DNA of 64,000 bases from Actinomadura sp. (GTDB lineage Bacteria > Actinomycetota > Actinomycetes > Streptosporangiales > Streptosporangiaceae), in NCBI GenBank assembly GCA_036008685.1, contig DASYNF010000108.1, positions 12,589 through 76,588 of the forward strand, given 5' to 3'. A model generated the notes under the pieces. It had not been told where the DNA came from. It made no database searches and saw nothing but the letters and a program-made list of their open reading frames with translations. Each line of letters starts with the position of its first letter. Within the stretch, counting starts at the first letter, position 1. Shown here in pieces: positions 29,901 through 38,017 of this stretch. The translations under genes and the position numbers were made by a program.

Positions 29901-30143
29901 CAGGTCCTGCCCGGGGCGCCGGAGGCCTACGTCGGGCATGACCGGCTGATCGTGGACGGGGTCGCCGTCCCGTGGCGGTATGACGGGGAGCGAGTGCACG
30001 CGGCCGGTCTGGAAGGCCTCGCCCGGGGCCTGGCGTGGGCCGTCGGTCGCTGGCCGGACCGGCTGCTGGTCGAGGCCGCGCTACGGGCTCCCGAGGACGT
30101 GCCCGTGTTGCTGGCCGAAGCGGACCTGGACCCGCCGGCCTAG
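26997..30143 (+). CDS. Large sacsin-like GHKL (Bergerat-fold) ATPase-domain protein
   Basis: The N-terminal motifs are VVVELAQNAADAA (ExxxNAxD), TAVNTGAPLD and GRFGVGFAAV, as in the sacsin/Hsp90-like HATPase_c_3 family. About 850 further residues with uniformly high GC3 follow, with no family I can name. Confidence 0.75.
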   Translation: MTTDDVFGTADLRERVLHGWTASPARFREDANAEEDYALGGYRDRVVVELAQNAADAAVRAGVPGRLWLSLRDGVLTAVNTGAPLDAAGVQALSTLRASAKRDEHGAAGRFGVGFAAVVAVSDEPSMSSVLCRDEATGRPDRTAGVRWSAVRTREIVSAAPELAEELSRRGGRVPVLRLPYPATPSDRDLAVLRGSARPGGAAMAPREEDAAAERYDTVVRLPLRDPESVDRVRRALDEVGPALMLALPALEEIRVDIEGATRTLSAVHRDGTATIDGERWRTVEAHGEIPPELLADRPAEERTRPYWRLRWAVPGAGSALPDGVPAVVHAPTPSDEPLGLPALLIASFPLAPDRRHVAPGPLTDFLVEQAARSYVELLRGLPATPRLLDLIPGRIAAGELDARLRRVVLSVLPETPLLPAAPHPQDDDLADVRVQRGRDAVAVDGPGELIELLAPVLPGLLPVEWPVRHPALTALGVRRMELADVVDALAGLDREPAWWHRVYEALTGAPADALGALPVPLAETVSPGDTGPLRDTGAEAGTRPVRMTRGPRGLLIAEPGVDPVELAALELRFVHPEAAHPLLRRLGAIEASPRALLADPAVRAAVARSYDADDPEPVAEAVLGLVAAAKPPPGTEPWLADLALLGEDGEVYAAGELLLPGGPLAAVVVGDAPFGVADPTLVERHGAEVLEAVGVLRTFGMVREHDVPLTDLAFDLDGEEAWAEDVLAGLPDQDVPPMLPELVAVRDLELVQHWETALAMLAEPPLRAALVEPAHVVLGDGRRVAVPSYTAWWLRRHPVLAGRRPAELAAPGGDPLLAGLYDPAPAGLDAGLLHALGIRTTLAELLDEPGGAEELLALLAEPARTVTREQLRALWSELALTEPGDLPPPARVRAVTDGVLEVVAAEDALVLDSPDLLPLLNGQPLIIGGYEEAVPLAELLEIPLAAEEFQGAVESVGREVPVPGVVAQVLPGAPEAYVGHDRLIVDGVAVPWRYDGERVHAAGLEGLARGLAWAVGRWPDRLLVEAALRAPEDVPVLLAEADLDPPA

Positions 30144-30508
30144 CCGGGGCGCGGCCCGGCGTCCTTGGGGGCATGGCCCGTGTCGTCATGGACCGTGTCG
30201 TCATGGCCGGGGTCCGCACCCTCCTTGTCCGGCGGTCCCGCCGGGGCCTCGGGCGAGCCCCGCCTGGCGGTGGCGTGGCGGGCCAGGAGCGCGGCCCGCC
30301 GGCGTTGCAGACGCGGGATGTACATGACCCCGAAGAGACCGATCGCCATGCCCGTGACGCATACCCAGAGCCACCAGCGGTCCCGTGCGGGCAGCCGCAG
30401 CAGGAGCAGGACGATCAGCGTCACGGCCCATGCGGCGGTGCCGACGGCGGCAGCACGCACGTCGTTGGTCTGCATGAGAGGCGGAAAGGGGCGCCGCGGT
30501 CGGGCCAT
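30140..30508 (-). CDS. Small 2-TM membrane protein (DUF2530-like, tentative)
   Basis: The TM segments are AAVGTAAWAVTLIVLLLL and WWLWVCVTGMAIGLFGVMYI, followed by a charged tail. Its stop overlaps the stop of the convergent GHKL gene (CTAG). Confidence 0.55.
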   Translation of the reverse strand: MARPRRPFPPLMQTNDVRAAAVGTAAWAVTLIVLLLLRLPARDRWWLWVCVTGMAIGLFGVMYIPRLQRRRAALLARHATARRGSPEAPAGPPDKEGADPGHDDTVHDDTGHAPKDAGPRPG

Positions 30509-30716
30509 GCACTCAGATTAGAGGAACGCCCTCAGGTCTCCCTCCCTGGGCGAAGGCACCGCCGCGAAGGCTCACGGCCTGTCATGAGACGTCGGTCCGG
30601 GATGGCATGCGGCCGACCGGTCACACCTGTCGCCCCTCCTGCCCTTATCCTTCTGACGTGAATTTGGGAGAGATGAGCGTTTTCTCGGCTTTCGAGCGAT
30701 CTGGTATCCCGCGGCC

Positions 30717-32231
30717 GTGAGGGTCAAAGAAGCGGACGGGACCGGCGCGCCGGTGAGCAGGATCGACGGATTCTTCAAGATCTCAGAGCGCGGCTCGACC
30801 GTGCCCCAGGAGTTGCGCGGCGGACTGGCCACCTTCTTCACGATGGCCTACATCGTCGTCCTCAACCCCTTGATCCTCGGCACGGTGGCCGACGGCGATG
30901 GGCGTTTCCTCGGAGACCTCGCCGAGCCGGGCGCGGCCATCCCGCTGGTGGCCGCCGCGACCGCGCTGGTCGCGGGCCTTCTCACGCTGGCCATGGGCGT
31001 GATCGGGAGATATCCCTTCGCGATGGCCTCCGGGCTGGGCCTCAACGCGGTCGTCGCGTTCGGCATCGCCGGGGACATGTCTTGGGAAGACGCGATGGGC
31101 CTGGTCGTCATCGAGGGCCTGGTGATCACGGTGCTGGTGCTGACCGGGTTCCGGGTCGCCGTGTTCCGCGCGATCCCGTCAGAGCTCAAGACCGCGATCG
31201 CGGTGGGCATCGGACTGTTCATCGCGCTGATCGGCTTTGTCGACGCGGGATTCGTGCGGCGGATCCCGGGCGGGGCCGGGGAGGGGACGGTGCCCCTTCA
31301 GCTCGGCGCCACCGGCAGCCTCTCGGGCTGGCCGACCCTGGTGTTCGTCGTGGGCCTGCTGGTCACCATCCTGCTCGTCGCCAAGCAGGTCAAGGGCGCG
31401 ATCCTCATCGGCATCGTGACGAGCACGGTGCTCGCGGTCGTGGTGGAGTGGTTCGCCGAGATCGGCCCGTACAACAAGGGGCCGGGACCGGACGGTAAGC
31501 CCATCATCGACCCTGACGGCTGGCAGCTCGGTGTCCCGAAGCTTCCCGGGCACATCGCCGGCGCGCCGGACCTCAGGCTGCTGGGGGACTTCAGCCTGTT
31601 CGGCGGCTTCGAACGGGTCGGCGCCGTGGCCGCGCTGCTGTTCGTCTTCACCGTCATGCTGGCGGACTTCTTCGACACCATGGGAACCATCGTCGGGGTG
31701 GGCGCCGAGGCCGACCTGCTCGACGACAAGGGCGACCTGCCCGGCGTGCGCAACGTGCTGCTCGTGGACTCCCTGGGCGCCGCCGCGGGCGGGGCCGCGT
31801 CGGTGTCCTCGAACACGACCTACATCGAGTCGGCGGCGGGTGTGGCCGAGGGCGCGCGGACCGGACTGGCCAGCGTGGTGACGGGCCTGCTGTTCCTCGT
31901 GGCGGTGTTCTTCGCCCCGCTCGTGTCGGTCGTTCCCTTCGAGGCGGCCACTCCGGCGCTCGTGGTGGTCGGCTTCCTGATGATCACGCAGATCCGCAAC
32001 ATCGACTTCTCGGACTACGACGTCGCGATCCCGGCGTTCCTCACGATCGTGCTGATGCCGTTCTCCTACTCGATCACGGTGGGGATCGGAGCCGGGTTCG
32101 TCAGCTACGTCGGGATCAAGGCGGCACGGCGGAGGTTCTCGGAGATCCCGCCGCTGATGTGGCTCATCGCGGTGCTGTTCATCATCTACTTCGCGCTCGA
32201 CCCGGTGAAGAAGCTGCTCGGAGCCGGCTGA
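30717..32231 (+). CDS. NCS2/AzgA family purine (adenine/guanine/hypoxanthine) permease
   Basis: GFFKISERGSTVPQELRGGLATFFTMAYIVVLNPLILG...NTTYIESAAGVAEGARTGL is the AzgA-type signature as I remember it. The start is the GTG at 30717 or 30753. Confidence 0.85.
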   Translation: MRVKEADGTGAPVSRIDGFFKISERGSTVPQELRGGLATFFTMAYIVVLNPLILGTVADGDGRFLGDLAEPGAAIPLVAAATALVAGLLTLAMGVIGRYPFAMASGLGLNAVVAFGIAGDMSWEDAMGLVVIEGLVITVLVLTGFRVAVFRAIPSELKTAIAVGIGLFIALIGFVDAGFVRRIPGGAGEGTVPLQLGATGSLSGWPTLVFVVGLLVTILLVAKQVKGAILIGIVTSTVLAVVVEWFAEIGPYNKGPGPDGKPIIDPDGWQLGVPKLPGHIAGAPDLRLLGDFSLFGGFERVGAVAALLFVFTVMLADFFDTMGTIVGVGAEADLLDDKGDLPGVRNVLLVDSLGAAAGGAASVSSNTTYIESAAGVAEGARTGLASVVTGLLFLVAVFFAPLVSVVPFEAATPALVVVGFLMITQIRNIDFSDYDVAIPAFLTIVLMPFSYSITVGIGAGFVSYVGIKAARRRFSEIPPLMWLIAVLFIIYFALDPVKKLLGAG

Positions 32232-32279
32232 GCACGGAGCGCCGAGGCGATCGATCGGAGGAAGCCGAGGTTGTTCGCA

Positions 32280-32326
32280 TTGCTAACGGTTTGCCGGAAT
32301 AGTCGGAATCGGCGTATCGTTAGCAA
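32280..32326. promoter_or_regulatory. Inverted repeat TTGCTAACG-N29-CGTTAGCAA upstream of the MarR gene
   Basis: These are perfect 9-bp arms in an AT-enriched spacer. The right arm ends 18 nt before the MarR ATG. The spacer contains CGGAAT twice. Confidence 0.45.
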
Positions 32327-32344
32327 GAGTAATGACTTCAGCGA

Positions 32345-32785
32345 ATGAACATGGCAATGTCGCAGACCAAAAGCCGCGCAGGGCTGGCCGAGGACCTGCG
32401 CATCTCGATGGCGCGCCTGTCCCGCCGGCTGCGCGCGCAGAGCACAAGTGGGCTCTCGGTCGGCCAGCACGCCGCCCTCGCGGCGTTGGACAGGCACCAT
32501 GCGATGAGCCCGCGCGAGCTCGCGGATCACGAGAAGGTCCAGCCGCCCTCGATGACCAGGGTGATCGCCGCGCTCGAGGAGCAGGAACTGCTCCTGCGCA
32601 CTCCTCATCCGACGGACGGCCGGCAGGTGGTCCTGAAAGTGACGGACAAGGGCCGGGAACTCCTCAAGGAGCAGCGACGCCGGAAACAGGCGTGGCTCTC
32701 GCAGCGCCTCGGGGAGCTGACCCCAGAGGAGCAGGCGATCCTGCGTCAGGCGGCGCCGATCCTGGAGAAGCTGAGCCGGGCCTAG
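32345..32785 (+). CDS. MarR family transcriptional regulator (Rv0880-like)
   Basis: LSRRLRAQSTSGLSVGQHAALAALDRHHAMSPRELADHEKVQPPSMTRVIAALEEQELLLRTPHPTDGRQVVLKVTDKGRELL is a winged-helix MarR core. Confidence 0.85.
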   Translation: MNMAMSQTKSRAGLAEDLRISMARLSRRLRAQSTSGLSVGQHAALAALDRHHAMSPRELADHEKVQPPSMTRVIAALEEQELLLRTPHPTDGRQVVLKVTDKGRELLKEQRRRKQAWLSQRLGELTPEEQAILRQAAPILEKLSRA

Positions 32786-32796
32786 CCCGCGCCGGC

Positions 32797-34038
32797 ATGT
32801 TCCGGTCGCTGCGCGACCACAACTACCGGTTGTTCGCCGCCGGCCAGATGGTGTCCAACACCGGCACCTGGATGCAGCGGGTCGCGCAGGACTGGCTCGT
32901 CCTGGAGCTCGCCCACGGCAGCGGCATGGCCCTCGGGATCACGACGGGCCTGCAGTTCCTGCCGTTGCTCCTGTTCGGGCTGTGGGGCGGGGTGATCGCG
33001 GACCGCTACTCCAAGCGGCGGGTCCTGATGCTCACGCAGATATCGATGGGGGTTCTCGCCCTGATCCTCGGCGTGCTGGTGCTCACCGGCATGGCGCAGG
33101 TCTGGCATGTCTATGTGCTGGCGTTCGGGCTCGGCCTGGCCACGGTGGTGGACAACCCCACCCGGCAGACCTTCGTGGTCGAGATGGTCGGCAAGGCCGA
33201 TCTGCCCAACGCCATCGCTCTGAACAGTGCCATGTTCAACGGGGCGCGGGTCCTCGGCCCCGCCGTCGCCGGGGTCGCGATGGCGCTGGTCGGCACCGGG
33301 CCGGTGTTCTTGATCAACGCTGCCTCCTTCGGTGCCGTGCTCTTCGGTCTCAAGGCCATGAACGAGGCGGACCTGCGCGCCCCCGAACCCGTCCCGCGCG
33401 CCAAGGGGCAGCTCCGTGAAGGCCTCCGTTACGTCAGGGGCCGCCGTGATCTGGTGATGGTCCTCGTGCTCGTGTGCTTCGTCGCGACGTTCGGCATGAA
33501 CTTCCAGATGACCACGGCGCTGGTCGCCCGGCAGGTCTTCCACAGCGGTGCCTCCTCGTTCGGCCTCGCTTCGACGATGCTCGCGGTCGGCGCGCTCGCC
33601 GGCGCGCTCCTGGCCGCCCGCCGGGTCGAGCCGAGCCGGCGGATGCTGCTTTCGGCGGCCGTGCTGTTCGGGGTCCTCGAGATGATCACGGGACTGATGC
33701 CGACGTACTGGTCGTTCCTCGCGCTCCTCGTGCCGACCGGCATGGCGATGATGACCTTCACGACGGCGGCCAACGCCACCATGCAGCTGACCGTCGCACC
33801 GGAGATGCGCGGCCGGGTCATGGGCCTCTACATGTTCGTGTTCCTCGGCACCAACCCGCTCGGCGCGCCGCTGGTGGGCTGGATGGCCGAGGAGTTCGGG
33901 CCGCGCATGAGCATCGTCATCGGGGGCCTGGTGGCCATGGTCGCCGCCGCCACGGTGATTGTGATCATGGTGCCGCTGTCCTCCCTCATGCGCCACCTGC
34001 GCTCGCTCCCGGCGGCGATGGGCCTCGAGCGGGCGTGA
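32797..34038 (+). CDS. MFS transporter (MFS_3/EntS-like)
   Basis: The ATG at 32797 opens MFRSLRDHNYRLFAAGQMVSNTGTWMQRVAQDWLVLELAHGSGMALGITTGLQFLPLLLFGLWGGVIADRYSKRRVL. There are 12 TM segments. It begins 12 nt after the MarR stop. Confidence 0.85.
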   Translation: MFRSLRDHNYRLFAAGQMVSNTGTWMQRVAQDWLVLELAHGSGMALGITTGLQFLPLLLFGLWGGVIADRYSKRRVLMLTQISMGVLALILGVLVLTGMAQVWHVYVLAFGLGLATVVDNPTRQTFVVEMVGKADLPNAIALNSAMFNGARVLGPAVAGVAMALVGTGPVFLINAASFGAVLFGLKAMNEADLRAPEPVPRAKGQLREGLRYVRGRRDLVMVLVLVCFVATFGMNFQMTTALVARQVFHSGASSFGLASTMLAVGALAGALLAARRVEPSRRMLLSAAVLFGVLEMITGLMPTYWSFLALLVPTGMAMMTFTTAANATMQLTVAPEMRGRVMGLYMFVFLGTNPLGAPLVGWMAEEFGPRMSIVIGGLVAMVAAATVIVIMVPLSSLMRHLRSLPAAMGLERA

Positions 34039-34094
34039 CAAGCCGGCCGGGAGCCTGACAGGGTTGCGGGTGTGACCTATCGGATTTCCTCTTC

Positions 34095-34646
34095 ATGAGG
34101 CTGTTCGCGGCGCTGGTGCCGCCGCCGGAGATCCTCGGTGAGCTCGAGGACTTCACCGCCCCTTTCCGGGCCCGCCGGCCGGACCTTCGATGGCAGCGGC
34201 GAGACCTGCTCCACCTGACGCTCGCGTTTTACGGTGAGGTCGGCGAACAGACACTGGACCGGCTGCTCCCGGGCCTGGAGCGGGTGGCGGCCGATCACCG
34301 CAGGCATGAGCTCTCGTTCGGGGGTGCGGGAGCGTTTCCCGGCGGCGGGGCTCAGGCCCGCGTGCTCTGGACCGGGGTCCAAGGGGATCGTGAGGCGCTG
34401 GGCCGGCTGGCCACGGCGGTGGGGACAGCGGGTGCCGAGGCCGGGGTGCCCCGGGACGAACACAAGGGTTTCCGGCCGCACCTCACCCTGGCCCGGTGCC
34501 GCCCTCCCGCGGACATCCGGCCGCTCATCGAGGACATGGTCGGCTTCGCCGGCAGCCCGTGGACGGCCGGTGCCGTCTCCCTGATGCGCAGCCACCAGAC
34601 CCCCCAGCTGCACTACGAGACCCTGAAGAGCTGGCCGCTGAGCTGA
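34095..34646 (+). CDS. thpR: RNA 2',3'-cyclic phosphodiesterase (2H family, ThpR/LigT)
   Basis: There are two H-x-T/S-x motifs, LHLTLAFYG and PHLTLARC. The N-terminus is MRLFAALVPP. Confidence 0.8.
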   Translation: MRLFAALVPPPEILGELEDFTAPFRARRPDLRWQRRDLLHLTLAFYGEVGEQTLDRLLPGLERVAADHRRHELSFGGAGAFPGGGAQARVLWTGVQGDREALGRLATAVGTAGAEAGVPRDEHKGFRPHLTLARCRPPADIRPLIEDMVGFAGSPWTAGAVSLMRSHQTPQLHYETLKSWPLS

Positions 34647-34977
34647 GGCGCTCCCCATGACCGGCGCGCGGCGCGACCGGCCAGGGCACCGTGACGGCGG
34701 CCCGGCGATCGTGACGCCCCGAGAGCACCGGGGGCGGGCCCGTCGCCGGAGGGTGACGGCCGGTTCCGCGCCGAGGCGGGTCAGGGCGCCCGGACAGGAC
34801 GAGAGCGGGTCAGGCACCCGTGCCGGGGCAATAGGCTGCGGATCGTGAACCGTCCGCCGCAATGGCTGCTGCCCGCCGTACTCGCCGCGCTGATCCTCGC
34901 CGTGATCGTCGGAACACTGCTCAGCTGAGCGCTCAGCGGTGCGTGTCGAGGTGACGGCGATTGGGGAAGATCGACAC

Positions 34978-35955
34978 ATGCGAGTGCTCGTGGTCCTGGT
35001 CAGCGCCTTCCTGCTGCTAGGGCCGGGCGTCGCCCATGCCGACCCCGCCCCTGGCCCGCAGGTGGCCTTCACCATCTCCGACCGGCGGATCTCCGAGTCC
35101 AGCGGGCTCGCCGCCAGCAGGCGCCATCCCGGCATCGTCTACACCCACAACGACTCGGGCGGGTCGCCGCTGATCTTCGCCGTCGGGCCCGATGGCCGTA
35201 CCAAGGCCACATTCACGCTCGGGAACGCCGGGGCCCGCGACTGGGAGGGCATCGCCCTCGGACGGGACGAGACGGGCCCGGCCCTGTTCGTCGGTGACAT
35301 CGGGGACAACCTCGGTGGAGCCTGGCCCTACGTCACCGTCTACCGGGTGCCCGAGCCGACCGAGATCCGTGATCAGACGCTGCATGCCACCGCCTTCCGG
35401 CTGAAGTACGAGGACGGGCCGCGCAACGCCGAATCCGTGCTCGTCGACCCCCGCACCAACCGGCTCTACATCGCCAGCAAACAGGTCGGCGGGGGGCTCT
35501 ACGAGGCACCGGCGCGGTTGCGGACCGACCGGTTGAACGTACTCCGCCGGGTCGGCCGGGCGCCCTTGCTGGCCACCGACGGCGCCTACGCCCCGGACGG
35601 CCGCAGCTTCGTCATCCGGACCTACTTCGCCGCCCACATCTATACGGAGCCGGGCAAGCTGCTGCGGATCATCTCGCTGCCCAGCCAGGAACAGGGAGAG
35701 TCGGTCTCCTACACACCCGATGGGAGATCGTTGCTCGCCGGCTCCGAGGGCCCCGGGCAGCCGGTCCTGCGGGTGCCGGTGCTGGGCGACGCGCCGGCCC
35801 CGCCTTCCCGTCGGGGCCCGGACGGCCTGCGGACGACCGCCGGAGAGCGTCCGGAGGCGGACCCGGCCCCGACGGGAAGGCGAGGCTTCGCGGTGCTGAT
35901 CGTGGTCGGCATCGCGGGCGCCATCGGATACAGGTTCCTGCGCAGACGCTCGTGA
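34978..35955 (+). CDS. Secreted protein (beta-rich, propeller-like) with a C-terminal membrane anchor
   Basis: The signal peptide is MRVLVVLVSAFLLLGPGVAHADP. The mature part contains ISESSGLAASRRHPGIVYTHNDSGG...WEGIALG...FVGDIGDN. The C-terminal TM GFAVLIVVGIAGAIGYRFL is followed by RRRS. Confidence 0.65.
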   Translation: MRVLVVLVSAFLLLGPGVAHADPAPGPQVAFTISDRRISESSGLAASRRHPGIVYTHNDSGGSPLIFAVGPDGRTKATFTLGNAGARDWEGIALGRDETGPALFVGDIGDNLGGAWPYVTVYRVPEPTEIRDQTLHATAFRLKYEDGPRNAESVLVDPRTNRLYIASKQVGGGLYEAPARLRTDRLNVLRRVGRAPLLATDGAYAPDGRSFVIRTYFAAHIYTEPGKLLRIISLPSQEQGESVSYTPDGRSLLAGSEGPGQPVLRVPVLGDAPAPPSRRGPDGLRTTAGERPEADPAPTGRRGFAVLIVVGIAGAIGYRFLRRRS

Positions 35956-36075
35956 CCCCAGCCGGATCGCTATCGCGGGCACGGGCGGTGACGCCCGCAC
36001 GGGATCACACCGGGTGGCACGGAGACATGCCGGAGCAGTCCCCGGGTCAAGAGGTGCGAGAACCCATTGAAGGAC

Positions 36076-38016
36076 ATGTCAGGATCTGTGGCTGTGGACC
36101 ATGAGCTCATCGGCCTGCGGGTGCTTGGCGGACGCCGGATCAGCCCAGTGGCAGGCGGACCCTTCGCCCTGTTGTCCTTCGTCGTCGCGCTGACCCCGAT
36201 CCGGCCGCTCTGGCTGTGGACCGGGCTCATCGTGGCCGCCAACGCGGTGCCGTGGGTGCTCGGCCGGGTCAGGGCGGGGCGTCCGATGGCCTACTGGCGG
36301 CTGTCCGCCGCGGGGCTGGAGCACATCGGTCCGGCCGGTGACATCCGGACGCGCTACGAACGTGAACGGATCAAGGAGTTCGCGATCACCGCACGGGACG
36401 GCGAGCTCACCCTCTTCCACAAGTTCGGCGGAACCGAGGCGGGCCGGCTGGCGGGCATGGGCTTCGAGCCGCTCACCTTCTTCCTCACCGCCCGGCGCCT
36501 GGGCATCCCGATCCACGTGCTCGACGGGGACAGCTCGGCGCTCAAGGACGACGAGTCCCCGCAGCCCGGGCAGGGTGCCCGGCAGCGACTTCTCGATCGG
36601 GAGGCCGAACTCCTCGCCGCCGTCCACGAGCCCACCGAACCGCGGGGCGAGCCCGTACGCCTGGAGTCGGCGCGGCCGGAGCCCGGACGGGGCCGCACGG
36701 CCGCGCTGGGGGCCCTCGCGGCCCTGCTGTCCCTGGCCATGATCGCCAGGATCGTGCTGGAGGGACGGTTCGGGTTCACCGACCGCATGACGGCCGGATG
36801 CTGGGCCGTCGCGGGCGCCGTGGCCGTCCTCGCCGCCTGGCGGCGCCTGTCCCGGACCGTACCGATCCGCTGGACGATCACCGCTGAGACGCTGCGCACG
36901 GACGGGCAGGAGGTCCGCGCGGCCGATGTCGGGGCGCTCGTCCTCGGGTCCGGCGTGACCCCGCACCCCATCACGGGAGAGCCGGTGGCGGGCTCGCTGT
37001 GCGTCCTCGCCTTCGACCATCGGCTCAGGCTCCTCGCCCGGCTGCCGGCCCGCGGGCTGGACCGGTTTCAGCTCGCCCATGTGCTGGACGAGCACGGTTA
37101 CCAGGTGCTGACGCCGGACGCGCGGACGCTCCGCCCCTCGCAGTACGGCCTGGACGGGCTACCGGAGATCTTCGCCCAGGTGCCCGGGGGCCGCCTCATC
37201 GTGGCCGAGGAGGGGCTCGGCTGGGCCGACGCGGCCGGCGAGGTCGTCCTCAGGATGCCGCAGGACCGGATCGGCGGCATCGAGTTGCTCACCATCAGCG
37301 GACACGCCTGGCTGCGGGTGTACGACTCGGACGGGGACGAGTTCTTCGCGGCTCCCCTGACGGCACTGCGGATCGCCCGTACCGACCTGCGCGAGTCCGC
37401 CCGCCGGGCGGGACTGCCGGTCACCGACGCGGAATACGACGCTTATCTGAGTGCCACGTTCCACGGCGCCATGGCGCGGCCGGCGGTGGTCCCGCCCACG
37501 CCGTCCATGCGCCCCGCGGCCGCCGTGTCCCCGGCGGACCCGGGCGTGTTGCTGGACGTCCCGCGCCGGTCCCGGTTGTGGTCGTACGGCCTCACCGCGG
37601 GCATGTGCGAGCTCGTCGCCCTGCTCGGCGCCGTATGGCTGGGCCGGGACCTCGGTGGACCGCTCCAGACGTTGGCCTGGGCGGCGCCGGCCGGTCTGCT
37701 GCTCGGCCTCGCCGGCGCGTGGATGTACGACCGGAACCGGTCCCAGCTACGGGTCTCGGCCACGGGGATCATGGGGGTCACCCGGCTCGGCCGCATCGAT
37801 TGGAACCTGCGCCGTGACGCCGTGGGCGGCGTGGGCCTGGACGAGTCCGAGGACGGTGGAGCGCGCCTGGTGGTCTGGAGCCCGGCGGGCCGGGTCCTGC
37901 GCCGGGTCGCCTTCCCGCCGGACCTCGTCAGGCTGCGAAGGGCGTGCGAGCGTTTCGGGCTCCCCTGGGGACCGCCCGACGCGGGCCTGCCCGCATCTCC
38001 GCCACCCGAACTCTGA
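36076..38016 (+). CDS. Polytopic membrane protein built from repeated 2TM + PH-like modules
   Basis: The start is the ATG at 36076 (the track starts at TTG 36067). Three TM hairpins are each followed by a soluble module. The four modules end in related helices: EPLTFFLTARRLGIPIHVLDG, DRFQLAHVLDEHGYQVLTPD, LTALRIARTDLRESARRAGLPVTD and PDLVRLRRACERFGLPWGPPD. GC3 is high throughout. Confidence 0.65.
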   Translation: MSGSVAVDHELIGLRVLGGRRISPVAGGPFALLSFVVALTPIRPLWLWTGLIVAANAVPWVLGRVRAGRPMAYWRLSAAGLEHIGPAGDIRTRYERERIKEFAITARDGELTLFHKFGGTEAGRLAGMGFEPLTFFLTARRLGIPIHVLDGDSSALKDDESPQPGQGARQRLLDREAELLAAVHEPTEPRGEPVRLESARPEPGRGRTAALGALAALLSLAMIARIVLEGRFGFTDRMTAGCWAVAGAVAVLAAWRRLSRTVPIRWTITAETLRTDGQEVRAADVGALVLGSGVTPHPITGEPVAGSLCVLAFDHRLRLLARLPARGLDRFQLAHVLDEHGYQVLTPDARTLRPSQYGLDGLPEIFAQVPGGRLIVAEEGLGWADAAGEVVLRMPQDRIGGIELLTISGHAWLRVYDSDGDEFFAAPLTALRIARTDLRESARRAGLPVTDAEYDAYLSATFHGAMARPAVVPPTPSMRPAAAVSPADPGVLLDVPRRSRLWSYGLTAGMCELVALLGAVWLGRDLGGPLQTLAWAAPAGLLLGLAGAWMYDRNRSQLRVSATGIMGVTRLGRIDWNLRRDAVGGVGLDESEDGGARLVVWSPAGRVLRRVAFPPDLVRLRRACERFGLPWGPPDAGLPASPPPEL

Positions 38017-38017
38017 G

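Noticed and set aside
27378-29999. 873-aa minus-strand ORF
   Set aside because: It is antisense to the sacsin-like GHKL gene. The plus-strand frame has the Bergerat motifs and consistent GC3, whereas the minus frame is Arg/Gly/Pro-rich noise.
30509-30716. Purine riboswitch upstream of the NCS2 purine permease
   Set aside because: I could not find the conserved purine-riboswitch junction sequences (the UAUA...CUACC and paired-loop pattern). The region looks like an ordinary divergent promoter spacer. An Rfam scan would settle it.
32332-34038. 568-aa plus ORF treated as one gene
   Set aside because: Its first 155 codons overlap the MarR gene in another frame and are Arg/Ala/Pro-rich. The MFS protein starts at ATG 32797.
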